Shown here: piece by piece, positions 23,796 through 34,699 of the stretch
Layout: every line of letters begins with the position of its first letter
Numbering within the stretch: the first letter of the stretch is position 1
Program-made: the position numbers and the translations under genes
Notes under the pieces: generated by a model
Databases searched by the model: none
What the model was told of the DNA's origin: nothing
The model's input: only the letters and a program-made list of their open reading frames with translations
Assembly (NCBI RefSeq): GCF_024521635.1
Contig: NW_026250421.1
Coordinates: forward strand, 620,001-684,000
Direction of reading: 5' to 3'
Length of the DNA: 64,000 nt
Source: Tricharina praecox
Taxonomy: Eukaryota

Positions 23796-25605
23796 TCCGT
23801 GTCCACTCACCCCGCTCGCGCAGGGGTTGGTTGTTGCCCGCTTGTCGGACTGCCTTGTACCTAGTGCATATCGGAGGCGCAACAACTCGCATCGGGATTC
23901 CAACCAGCATCCTCCATGCACGCTGCTGCTGTTGCCTGCAGCAGCCTGCGACGTGACGATGACGATGGCGGAAGGTTATGATGGAGGAGGGGGAGGGGGG
24001 GGGGGTTGATACTGGATAGTGGACAGTGGGCAATGGATAGGTGAAACCACCGCGACTCCGTAACTCTGCGATTCCGCGACTCTGCGACTCCGTGAGATGT
24101 TGAGGTGGATCACGGTGGATCACGGAGTGCGGCTCGGAGTACGGCATCTAGAGTACCTGTTGTACGGTACTCCGAGCCGGTGTGGGGAGGACGCGGCGGG
24201 GATATGTGTCTACGATCATCAATCCGTCGCTCCGTCTCATTCCCTAGGTATGTAGCCCACGAGATGAACAACGAGGATGGGGAATTGCTTCTTATTGTTG
24301 CGGGAAGGAGGCAAGGAAACCTGGCTGGGAATGGCTTGTTCCGTTCTGTTCTGCTCTTTTTTTGTTGCTCGCTCGGTCTGGTCCTTTATATGAGTGCACT
24401 CAGCTCAGGCAGCTCGGGCTGTTCGCCGGAACGGGAACGCGCTGGGTAAACAAGGCATCAACTCTAGAGTTCTTCAGAGGTAACTACGGTACTCACTCTA
24501 GATGCTCTCGAAGTAGGTAGCGGCCACTCTACTCCACTCTAGTGCCGGCACCTGCGACACCTCCGCAGAGCACGGCGGGAATGTCGTCTCCGGGGCACCG
24601 CTGCAATCGTTATGTACCCAACCGTTGCCGGTTTCCGGCCATCGAACCTCGCAGTCCGCCTTTCGTTTCGTGCGCTTTCTCCGAGCGCTCTCGTCTGCGA
24701 GGGAAAACGACTTTCTCGGCGGGCTAACCGGCAAAGCGGGGAGAGGGGGTTATTTTTGGATTTAGACTCGATAATCGGATAGACTCTACCAGCAACCAGA
24801 GTCGATACCCCATCTTGCGGAGCCCCTCCGCAGTTCTACATATCCTCTGTTCGTTTCCTGGTCCGGACCCACCGAGGCTCGATATCAGCCGGTGCCTGGC
24901 TGCATATTGCTTGAGCAGGAGGCTGTGAGGAACCTGGAACACCATCACAGCCCAGGCGAGAGTGGCTGGTGCGCTCTTCTTCGTCGGCCCCCGGATCTGG
25001 CTCGACCGTAACTAGACTATCGTAGTAAAGCCTACGCTTCTCTGATGATTGATCTTGTCAGTGAAGTGAGACTCCGCATGAAATCGTCAGCCCAGCCTGG
25101 CCAGCTTCATCACTGCTGCAGAGCTGCATGGCTCAGTGGTCTTTTCTGCAGCAACACACGGATGTTCTATTTACAGCGTCAGCTTCCGAGTTCCCAAGAC
25201 CCAACTTCCCCAAAGCCCGCAACGCGAAGAGATTGCTGCATGCCACTCCGAAATACTGACTGGATGTAGAGGGTACCAAGAAACTTAGCCATCACTCTGG
25301 GTGTGCGATATGAACTCAAGTATCGGGGCCCACGTAGATGCGGTACCCAGCCAAGTACCCAACTACTCACATACCTATGCAAGGTGCAGCGTAAGTACGC
25401 TTTTAATCTCTCACCCGGCCACCATACCACCACACCACCACCACCATTACCATCACCTCCACCACCACCATTACCACCACCATTACCATCACCTCCATCA
25501 CCAGCACACCACACGTACGCACGTACGTCTACTTCCTCGTCGCCTCCTCTCCTTCCGCTCGCCACCTTAAGTCCAGCGCCCAACACCCCTCCTCCCTCGC
25601 TCGCG

Positions 25606-26499
25606 ATGCTCTCCCGCCGTCAAGACCCACCGTGCCCGTCCGGGAAACTGTACTGGACGTGCATCTCGACCCCGCAGGAATTCCACGGCTGCTGCGTGGG
25701 CAACCCATGCCACAACTCCGGCATCTGCCCGGACGACCCGAATCACCTGTCGACGTCGGCGCTCTCCATGCTCACCACCGCGACCCGCACGATCTCCAAC
25801 ATCAACACGCCCACGACCACAGCCTGGTTCGCCTCCTCGACTGGCAACCCCACGTCCGCGCCCGCGCCCACCGCCACCCCCGTCGCCGCCATCGTCGGCG
25901 GCGCCGTCGGCGGCTTCTTCTTCATCCTCGCGATCGGCTGCGTCTGGCTATTCGTTCTGCACCGACGGGGCAAGCAGCCATCGGGCGCGGGCAAGAGCGA
26001 GCACGTGCCGCTGAAGCTCGCGCACTCGCGGAATTCCAGCGTCGACACGAGCCAGTACTCGCCGCAGCCGCAGCCGCTCGTGTCCAGCTGGCAGAAGCAG
26101 GGACATCTCTCCCCGCTGCCGTCGCCGTATCTAGACTCTCCCGAGATGGCGGCCGGAAGTATGCATAAGCGCAGCTATAGCAATACTAGCTCCGTCCCTA
26201 GCCCGTATCTGCAGCAGCAGGAGGAGTCGCAGGAGATTGTGTACTCCGAGCTCCCTGCTGCGTGTGTGGATCCTGTGGAGCTCGCGGGCGACCCGTTGAT
26301 GCCACAGCCGCAGCCGCAGAGCTTGGGCAGGAGGAGGGAGTGGAGTGAGGCGCATCAGAGGGATTGGGACGAGCAGAGGTTTGGGAGGAGCCTGGATGGT
26401 GGCACGCATGCGCAGCAGCTCTATGACCGGCCGGACGCATCGGAGGACGAGGACGATGCGATGGGCTGGCGGGATGATGGCCGTGGCAGGCGGCAATGA
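25606..26499 (+). CDS. Single-pass membrane protein with N-terminal 6-Cys module, Ser/Thr stalk and disordered cytoplasmic tail
   Basis: CPSGKLYWTC...FHGCCVGNPC...ICP; S/T-rich linker; TM AAIVGGAVGGFFFILAIGCVWLFVL followed by HRRGK; tail with SELPA/VELAG motifs; strong codon bias. Confidence 0.8.
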   Translation: MLSRRQDPPCPSGKLYWTCISTPQEFHGCCVGNPCHNSGICPDDPNHLSTSALSMLTTATRTISNINTPTTTAWFASSTGNPTSAPAPTATPVAAIVGGAVGGFFFILAIGCVWLFVLHRRGKQPSGAGKSEHVPLKLAHSRNSSVDTSQYSPQPQPLVSSWQKQGHLSPLPSPYLDSPEMAAGSMHKRSYSNTSSVPSPYLQQQEESQEIVYSELPAACVDPVELAGDPLMPQPQPQSLGRRREWSEAHQRDWDEQRFGRSLDGGTHAQQLYDRPDASEDEDDAMGWRDDGRGRRQ

Positions 26500-28349
26500 T
26501 GAACTCTTCACTATTTCCACTATTTCCACCATTTTCTTTTTTCTTTTTCCTTGCATAGAAAAACGGAGTCGGCGCTTTTCCTTTTTCCTTATACCAATTC
26601 GATTTCTTCTGGTTTTTTTTGCTTCTTGTTTCATGTTTGTTTCTTTTCGGTGCTGCGGGATGGTTTTGGTTTTGGTTTTGGTTTTTGATTTTGTTTTCGG
26701 CAGGGAGGAGTTGGAAAATTGTTTGGGTTATCTCTTTTTCTTCTTCTTTTCTTTTGATTCTACTACCTATACCGAAGTACTCTACTGTAGTGCTGTCTAC
26801 CTATCAATCAGTGGATCTAGATCTGGAACCTGGTATCATGAAGAGCACGTGAAGAGTGAAGAAGAATTATGGTGAACAAGGGGAAGAATGGTGATGAATG
26901 AAACGACGGCGAACAAAGAGATTCAGCTCACGGAAGGCATTGTCCTCTTCGAGGTGACATGAAAACATCCACGCTGTACAGTAGGGCGTAGGACCGATTC
27001 CGGACGGGATGTAAATCCACAGCATGATGCGAACCGTGAAACAACACCGGCCCGAATTGTGGGGTAGTTAGGTGCATATGCTGGCTGGCCCGCACCCCTC
27101 CCCAGACACAGAGCCAACCATAGCATATCACTCGTTATTTTGCGGACGGAGGGATTGAAGATTAGTCCAAGTCAGCGTTCCGTCATGTATAATATTCGGA
27201 CCCGCAGGTAAAGCGTGGGTGGGTGGGTGGGACGAGTACGCTGCCGACTTTCCCGTATTCTAGCACTGCCTGTCCGGCTAGATCATAGATACTCCACCAC
27301 TTCAGGACCCTGTCGTGGAGCACCCGGGCATTTGCTTTGTTCCTGGCGGATTGTCCCGTATGCAGCGTATACAGGAGAAACTTCTCCCCAATGCTTCCGC
27401 AGTGGTCGCCAATTGTGACATTGTGTAGGAGTTGGGGGCCGCATCGCGTGCAACTTGTCCGTCTCACGGTGCGAAGGCTCGCTGATCGAGCAGTAGGTAT
27501 CTTATGCCGTGATATTCGTCTTCAAGACAAGAAGTCCTCCGGATACGTGCTGCGTATGTAGTCTTGCAGATCTGCAGCAGTGTCCTTGGAGGCGATTTAT
27601 AGCAGTGTCAACTTCCCCGGTCCAACTCAGTACTTCTACCGATAGTTAGCTCGCAAGGATCCGGTGAGGATTATTGACACTTTGTTATTGGTAGGAAGAT
27701 CGAACGGAAATATCCATCCAATCAAATTGCACCCTTCCTAGGTATGGTAAACCCGAGCTGATCTGATCGTGCCTTGAGGACGTTGTTATGGTCTGTGCAT
27801 TTAGAGAGCCGCCCTTCATGTAGGAGGACACATGTACACCAGTCATGAGCTGGTGTACTTGCATACCTAACTCATACAAGAGCATCGAATTGCAGAGTAC
27901 TTTTAGCTGCGTAGTCGCCATTCTAATCTAGGTAGTTGTATCGTACTTCATCTTGAGATCAACCATGAAGTATGATAGGTACGTCATTATCACTAGATCA
28001 GTGGGCAAATCTCCGTATGTGCGTATTCCGGTATAGGAGTTCATTCAATTTGCATGGTAGAAGATCCAACCAATGTAGCGGATCTCGTTGAGGCTGTCGT
28101 GTAGCTGTGTAGACCAACGAAAGTTCTGACTGTCGTCACGCCAGCATCGGGCTGCTCATGTTCATATTCGGGATTCGCCACCCAAGACATTTCGTGATGG
28201 CGATAGGTATCGCTGGTGTGGTCTCCTTTGTTCCAAAGCAATCGGCGTTTGTAGTCTGATGGCCCGCCCTTCGTGATTGCCCCTCCGGCCGAAGTGGTAT
28301 TATCGAATGGTTTCTTTTGTTCGGCTTAGACTTCCACGTGCGGAAAATC

Positions 28350-28960
28350 GGAATGCTATCAGCATTCAAAAATGCTCCATGAGTTCGTCGTTATGAATCG
28401 CTGCTTTCGTTTCGGAGGTAAAGACCCGTAGGCTGTAGCGAACCCAGGTGCTTGATCAACCATGCGGCTGTCGCCCTGCCATCGCTGGTAACTAGCCGGG
28501 AAAGCTTCAAGTGCTGTAGGTGATCGATGTTTGCGATGATAGTATTGGCAACGCGGCGTGGTGGAATTGCAGGGTTGTAACTTGTTATGTGCCGGAACTT
28601 CCGGAACTGCCGGAACTCCAAATCTACATAACCTACCGGTAGGTACTGGTAGGTACTGGTAGGTATGCCAAATTGCCAATCCGTTGCCTACCAGGTAGGT
28701 ACCTAGCTTGCGGGCCTGCATGGAGTGTCAATCGGACATATGAGCTGCATCAACTTCAACTTTTAAGTGATCGTTTTTTAGGAAGCTGCGGTGGGTTTTC
28801 TTGAGGACCAGCTAGTACTCTAGCCATCGGGGATTCTGGAAGAAGGGGGTAGTTACTTAGACAGTGCACCGTCGAAAGTAGAGGTTGGTGGTTTTGTGAT
28901 TTATCCCTTGCAAGGAGATATTGGTGACTTCACTGATGAGGCGGGGTCTTGATGGAGCAG
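28350..28960 (-). pseudogene. Decayed copy A of an unknown gene (paralog of 31100-31984); may extend toward ~27200
   Basis: Nucleotide similarity to 31100-31970 (e.g. AAGTGATCGTTTTTT...GTAGTTACTTAGACAGTGCACCGTCGAAAG) and peptide similarity GNGLAIWHTYQYLPV vs GKGLVIWYTQDLPV. Stops and frameshifts present. Confidence 0.55.
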
Positions 28961-29158
28961 GTACAAACAGCTTCACGGTACCGTATCAGTTTGATCACTA
29001 TACAGGTAAAAAGCCAGGTTTTTAATGAAGCTCCCGTGTCGTGGGAGTAGTAACATGTATCCCAAAATAGCCATGATCTGATAAGGCCGAATGCTATGAT
29101 GATTAAACAAAAACAAAAACAAAATAACTATCCCAAAAACATCAAAATAAATTCGCAT

Positions 29159-30799
29159 CTATTTCCAACCCGTTTTGATATCCTCGGGCAACCCAAACCG
29201 ATAACTCTTTTGCATCTCGTAGACACTAAGGGCACTCTGGCCCTTTTGTGTGACGACTGCAAACCTCCCCCTCTCACGGCCATAGCCGTCCGCAACATCT
29301 CCAGTACTCTCGCCAGCTTCTGGAGCTTCTCGGTATTGGTGACCTCCCACTTCTTGAGCCACTCAGTCTTCACCACATCCCGCTTCTCGACCTCGACGAT
29401 ATTCCCGCCATCCTCGTGGTACCCAATGATCAGGATCGGCGTGCGCGAGAACCACAGCTGCTCTGCCTGCTTGATGTACTTCTTCCCCTTCGGCCGCGAC
29501 TTCAGCTCGACGATGTTCTCCTCGGGGGCCAGGACCCCACCCGGCACTATTCGCACGCCCATGGGCGCCACAAGCACCTCCCGGGGGAGATCTAGCTCCC
29601 CCTCCTCCACGGCGGCCGCCTGCACGATCGTCCAGCCGATCGTGTGCAGAAGGCTCTGCGCAAAGATGATCCAGCCGAGGACCCGGTGCATGAAGTTGAA
29701 GTGCTGGTACGGGATTCCGGTGATCAGTGAAAAGATGTTCTCCCGCATCGAGAGGATCAGTATCAGCGGCGTCAGAGCGAAGGCGAGCGAGCCGACCCGA
29801 TTAGACCACTAGCCGAGTTCAGTACGCTTCTTGTTGGGTTCCTGGAATACTTTGTTGTACGTCCCGCCGATAAAACTGTTCTCGCAACGGTCAGCCATCG
29901 GTAGGTACTCCACGCTGGAGTAGAAGAATCGGGGCACAAACGAGAATATCGCAAGGTAAACCACCACCATAACCATCACCGTAATCTGAACCCTCCCCTT
30001 CCTCCCCGGCGGCCGCCTCCTCCTTCTCCCCGGCGGCCGCCTCCTCCTTCTCCCCGGCGGCCTCCTCCTCCGCAATACACGCATCGACCTCGAAGCGCAC
30101 CAGCATCCTCAACCCTCCGGGCGTATACTCTACCGCACGGCAATGGGTCACACTCTCCCGGGAGCACTCTTGTCTCCTTGTGAACCTCCGCTCAAGACTC
30201 TTGCCATACCCCTCATTCGCGGGGCCCCAGCCCCTTCCCTGCGCCGCTAGCAGTAGTAGGGTATTCGCGACCACCTCGGCGTTGATCTGGAACTCGGCCG
30301 CGTCGCTTCCCAGGAACACCAGCAGCTCGCGCAGCGAGTGTCGGTCCGTGATGATGTCGAAGGACCGCAGAGAAAGCGTGGGCGAGTGATGGGTAGTGCC
30401 CGGAAGAGGGGTTCTAATGGGCAGGTGCGGAAGTTGAGCCGTGCGGGCGGCCATGGGTGGGTGGGGTCCTGGTCCTTGTCTGCTGGGATCCGCGTGGGTA
30501 AAGGCGGTGGCGCCCAGATGGGTGGTGAGCCTGTGGAGCTGTTAGTTGAGGTGCTGAGTGCTCGAGGAAGGGAGGTACTACATACGCGGGACGACGATGG
30601 TGTTCCGCTAGTTCGACAGGATGTCGTATGAGGTGAGCACCTCCGCCTGCTGCTGCGAAATGTCGCAGCCCGGGCCGTGGTGGATGGACTCGCGCTCGAT
30701 GCCGGAGATTCCCAGCTTCGCACGGCACAATTAGTGCCACTTCTGCCGCGCGGAAGGGTTCCGAGTAGTCCGAGATGTCGACTCGAGCGTGCTAGGCAT
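29159..30799 (-). pseudogene. Pseudogene of the fungal RAI1/DXO-like family (often mis-annotated 'geranylgeranyl pyrophosphate synthetase'), interrupted by an insertion
   Basis: Motifs TSYD...IVVP|SPPIWAPP, PLEPLFRAL, FDIITDRHSLRELL, GYGKSLE, GGLRMLVRFEVDA, VELKS, QLWFSRTPILIIGYH. In-frame TAA/TAG and at least 2 frameshifts. Confidence 0.7.
29622..29992 (-). pseudogene. Captured internal fragment of a ferric reductase (FRE-like) transmembrane-domain gene
   Basis: Translates YLAIFSFV...RTELG*WSNRVGSLAFALTPLILILSMRENIFSLITGIPYQHFNFMHRVLGWIIFAQSLLHTIGWTIV, including the heme-ligand His pair (H-x13-H). No FAD/NAD domains nearby. Confidence 0.75.
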
Positions 30800-31099
30800 C
30801 TCTTTATGGATACGTGATGTTTCCGAGTGTCGGATTATTGTTGAGGTTGGATTGGCAGGAGTAGGTGAGTTGAGAGAAAGATGTTGTATGATGTAAGAAA
30901 GAAAGAAGTGTGAGGGGGTGGGTGACATGTGGGTTTTATGGGGAGTAGCTAAGCAGTTACCCTGGCGGCGGCGAATTCAATTGCACGCCCCACGCGGGAG
31001 GGCAGGGACACGGGAGCCTCACGTCATGCACTCACTCGGTATCGGTGGTAAGAAATGAAAGGAAAGGTTTTGAATTTTGTAGATAGGCAAGGGCATGTT

Positions 31100-31984
31100 C
31101 GGGTGCTAGCCAGCTGCATTTTCAAAATTCGCGGTTTTGACGAGTTGAATGTTACCAAAGCTGCAACCGCAAGAAAACTCTCATCTCCGAGCCCCCGATG
31201 GCCCCGTTCGGCATCCCAGATGTTCAACAGCACGCCGCACTTTTTCTGACTACAGGGGGCTACCTATATACGCTGGTATCAACTGGTGGTTGTGCGTAGA
31301 GTTGATTTGCATGATACTGTGGCTCAGTCGACAATGTGCAGTTTCTCCAATTGTTGACTTGGGGTGGTGTGCCAAACAATGACCCATTGCCCGGAAATTA
31401 TGGTAGATTCGAAATTCAGTTGGTCTAAAACATAATCCACCGGCAGGTCTTGGGTATACCATATTACCAACCCTTTGCCCGCCAGTTTCGAGCCCGCATG
31501 GGGGATCACTCGGATAGGTGGGCTGGATCAACTTTCAAGTGATCGTTTTTTTGGGAAGCTGCGGGGGGTTTTCTTGAGGGCCAGCTATTACTCAGGCCAT
31601 CGGCGAGAAGGAGGTAGTTACTTAGACAGTGCACCGTCGAAAGCAGAAATTGGTTGTATTGGTGGTCTTATCCCTTGCAGGGAGACATCGGTGGCAGAAA
31701 GCGAGGCAGCGGCTGAGGCAGCGGTTGTGTGTGACAAGCGAATAGGAGCAGCGATGGGTCGCCGCATTGAGCTGGTTATCTGGGCTGCAGACAGGATTTA
31801 GAACTTGTACTCGGCATAGGCCAGATAGGTTGCAGGAAATATGAAGAAGACCTAAGAGAGCTGCGGTATGAAGCTGTTTGCAATTTTGGCTTTTAGCAAG
31901 GTTGGGTGTGCACTAAGTAGCCTAGGTAGAGTACACGGCTGTGTTGGTGAGGCGAGGTCTTGATGGAGTATCTTCATCGGCCAT
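31100..31984 (-). pseudogene. Decayed copy B of the unknown gene, head-to-head with MRE11
   Basis: ATG in good context (CACCATGGCC) at 31984, many in-frame TAG/TAA, and homology to 28350-28960. Confidence 0.55.
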
Positions 31985-32301
31985 GGTGATTGTTTTCTAG
32001 AATATAGCTGGATAGGTAGGGCTGGTTGTTGTTTGATACTCAACGTTGGTGGTGGGGGAGGGTGGGTTGGAAGTGAGTGGTGGTGGTGGTGGTGGTGGTG
32101 GTGGTGGTTGTAATGAAGAAAGAAATGTGAGAAGAAGAGTGGTCGTGTTGACGGAGAGGCTAGTCCTTCAACTATCACTCGACACATCACGTGTCACAGC
32201 GTTGTCTTCTTGAAGAGCATGTAACTAGCGTGTTTCTTCACCCTAGCAAGTCGCGTCTCCAACAGCGGTAGAGTGATCGAACTCCACCAGCCATCACTAC
32301 A

Positions 32302-34699
32302 ATGCCGTCAGCAGGTTTGCCCCTCACTCACCCGCTCTAGAGCTGTAGGAACTGGCACTGACGTTGAGAAGCGGATACAATCCGTGTTCTGATCGCCACA
32401 GATTCCCATGTCGGCTACAATGAGCGCGATCCCATCCGTGGTGATGACTCCTGGCGGTCGTTCGACGAAGTCATGGCCATCGCCAAAGACCGTGATGTCG
32501 ACATGGTCCTCCTCTCCGGCGACCTATTCCACGATAATAAGCCCTCGCGCAAGGCTATGTATCAAGTCATGAAGTCCCTGCGGCAGAACTGCTACGGCGA
32601 CAAACCATGCGAGCTCGAGATTCTGAGCGACACCAGTGCGGAGTTCCAGATGGCTGGCGGACACGTCAACTACGAGGACCCAGATATCAACGTTTCCATT
32701 CCCGTGTTTTCTATCCACGGGAATCATGATGACCCGTCGGGGGTATGTTGGTTGGCGTCTGTAGCTCTTCCGGGCCAGTTTCATAAACTAAAGTGGAGGC
32801 TGCTGCACGTAGGAAGGTCGTCTCTGCGCACTCGATATCCTTTCCATCGCGGGTCTGATCAACTATTACGGCCGCACTCCCGAAAATGACAATATCACCA
32901 TCAGCCCAATACTCCTTCAGAAAGGAAGAACGAAGCTCGCGCTCTACGGCCTCTCTAACGTTCGTGACGAACGTCTATTCCGCACTTTCCGGGACGGTAA
33001 AGTCAAGATCGAACGTCCGAGTATACAACAGAAGGAATGGTTCAACATGATCTGCGTGCACCAGAACCAGTAAATTCCCACCACCTGCCAGCCAATGTTT
33101 CACAAGTGCAATTGCTGAACCTACTAGCCACGGCCACACAGAAACCGGCTACCTCCCCGAAAACTTTCTGCACAACTTCCTGGATCTTGTCATCTGGGGG
33201 CACGAGCACGAATGTCTGATCGATCCTCGCGTCAACACAGAGATGGGCTTCAGCGTGATCCAGCCCGGCTCCTCCGTAGCAACCTCACTGTGCGAGGGCG
33301 AAGCTGTGCCGAAGCACTGTGGCATCCTGTCCATCGTAGGCACCGAATTCAAGCTCGAGAAGATCCGCCTCAAGACTGTGCGGCCGTTCGTGATGCGCGA
33401 GATCGTCCTCGCCAACGAAAACGAAATGAAGAATGTCTGGAAGAAGGCGAATAACCGAACGCAAGTTACACATTTCCTGTGTCAAGTCGTCGATGAGCTC
33501 ATCGAGGAGGCAAAAGACGACTGGCTGAAGGCTCAGGACGAGGAGGCTGATGAGAGTACGGTACCCCTACCGCTCATCAGACTGCGGGTGGAGTACTCTG
33601 CGCCGGAGGGGAAGTTCGAGACCGAGAACCCGCAGCGCTTTTCGAACCGTTTCGTGGGCAAGGTTGCGAACGTCAACGATGTGGTGCAGTTTTATCGCAG
33701 GAAGACCGTCACCCGCCGTACGAAAGCGGGCGAGTCGGTGGAAATCGACAGCAAATCCCTTCTCGAGGAGTTCAGGAACATCGACGAGATCAAGGTCGAG
33801 AACCTGGTAAAAGAGTTTCTGGACAAGGCTACGCTCGAGATTCTACCCCAGAATGGGCTCGGCGATGCGGTGGGTCAGTTCGTGGATAAGGATGATCGCC
33901 ATGCGGTCGAGACGTTCGTCGAGGAGTCGCTCAAAGCTTACATCACCAAGATGCGAGAGTACGATGATCTGAACGAGGAGAAAATCACAGACATCGTCAC
34001 CGAACACAAGAGTTACCTCGAAGACATGTTCGCCAAAGGTCAAGTCAAGATCAAGAGAGTGCGTAGTCCCTTTCCGGACCCTTTGCTCTGTACTAACAAG
34101 CAATGCAACAGAGAAACACGAAGCTAAAAGAGAAGCCCGACAATTGGGACTCGGACATCGATGGTTCATGGGCAGACGAGCCCGCCGCACAGATCCGCGA
34201 CGAGGATTCACTCGACAACGATCAGGACGACAACGAGGAATCCCCCGCCCCAGCACGTGGCGCCGCAACCCGCGGCAGAGGCCGTGGCCGTGGTCGGGGC
34301 GCAGCAGCAACTACCACCACAACCCGTAAACCCGCTGCACCCAGAAAAGCTCCGGCAGCCAAGAAAGTACCCGCAGCGAGAGGCCGCGGAAAGAAGGCAG
34401 CTCACGAATCGGAAGAAGAGGAAGAGGCGATGGATCTGGACGATGATGACGACGAGGAGCCGCCGCCACCGGTTACGCGGATTACTAGGAAAGCGCCCGT
34501 GAAGAAGCCGCCACCGGCTAGACAGACGCAGCTACAGTTTCCGTCGGCGACGCAGAGAAGCGTGGGAGAGAGCCAGGCTAGTAATTCTCTGTTTCATCGA
34601 AACGTTGTTGTTATCCCTAGTGACGATGAGGACATCGATGATGATGAGGAGGATGAGTTTGTGCCCATGCCCAGTCAGCGGTCTAGGAGGAGGCAGTGA
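32302..34699 (+). CDS. MRE11: Double-strand break repair nuclease Mre11, multi-exon
   Basis: [84 protein letters not shown]-terminal GAR (RGRGRG) motif. Confidence 0.97.

Noticed and set aside
29809..29811. TAG in the ferric-reductase fragment as an A-to-I-editable Trp codon
   Set aside because: The fragment is partial and embedded in a multiply frameshifted pseudogene, and the adjacent codon already supplies the Trp.
28744..31970. Paired repeats as LTRs of a retroelement
   Set aside because: No TG..CA termini, PBS, PPT, TSD or gag/pol; the copies are diverged and look like decayed coding paralogs.
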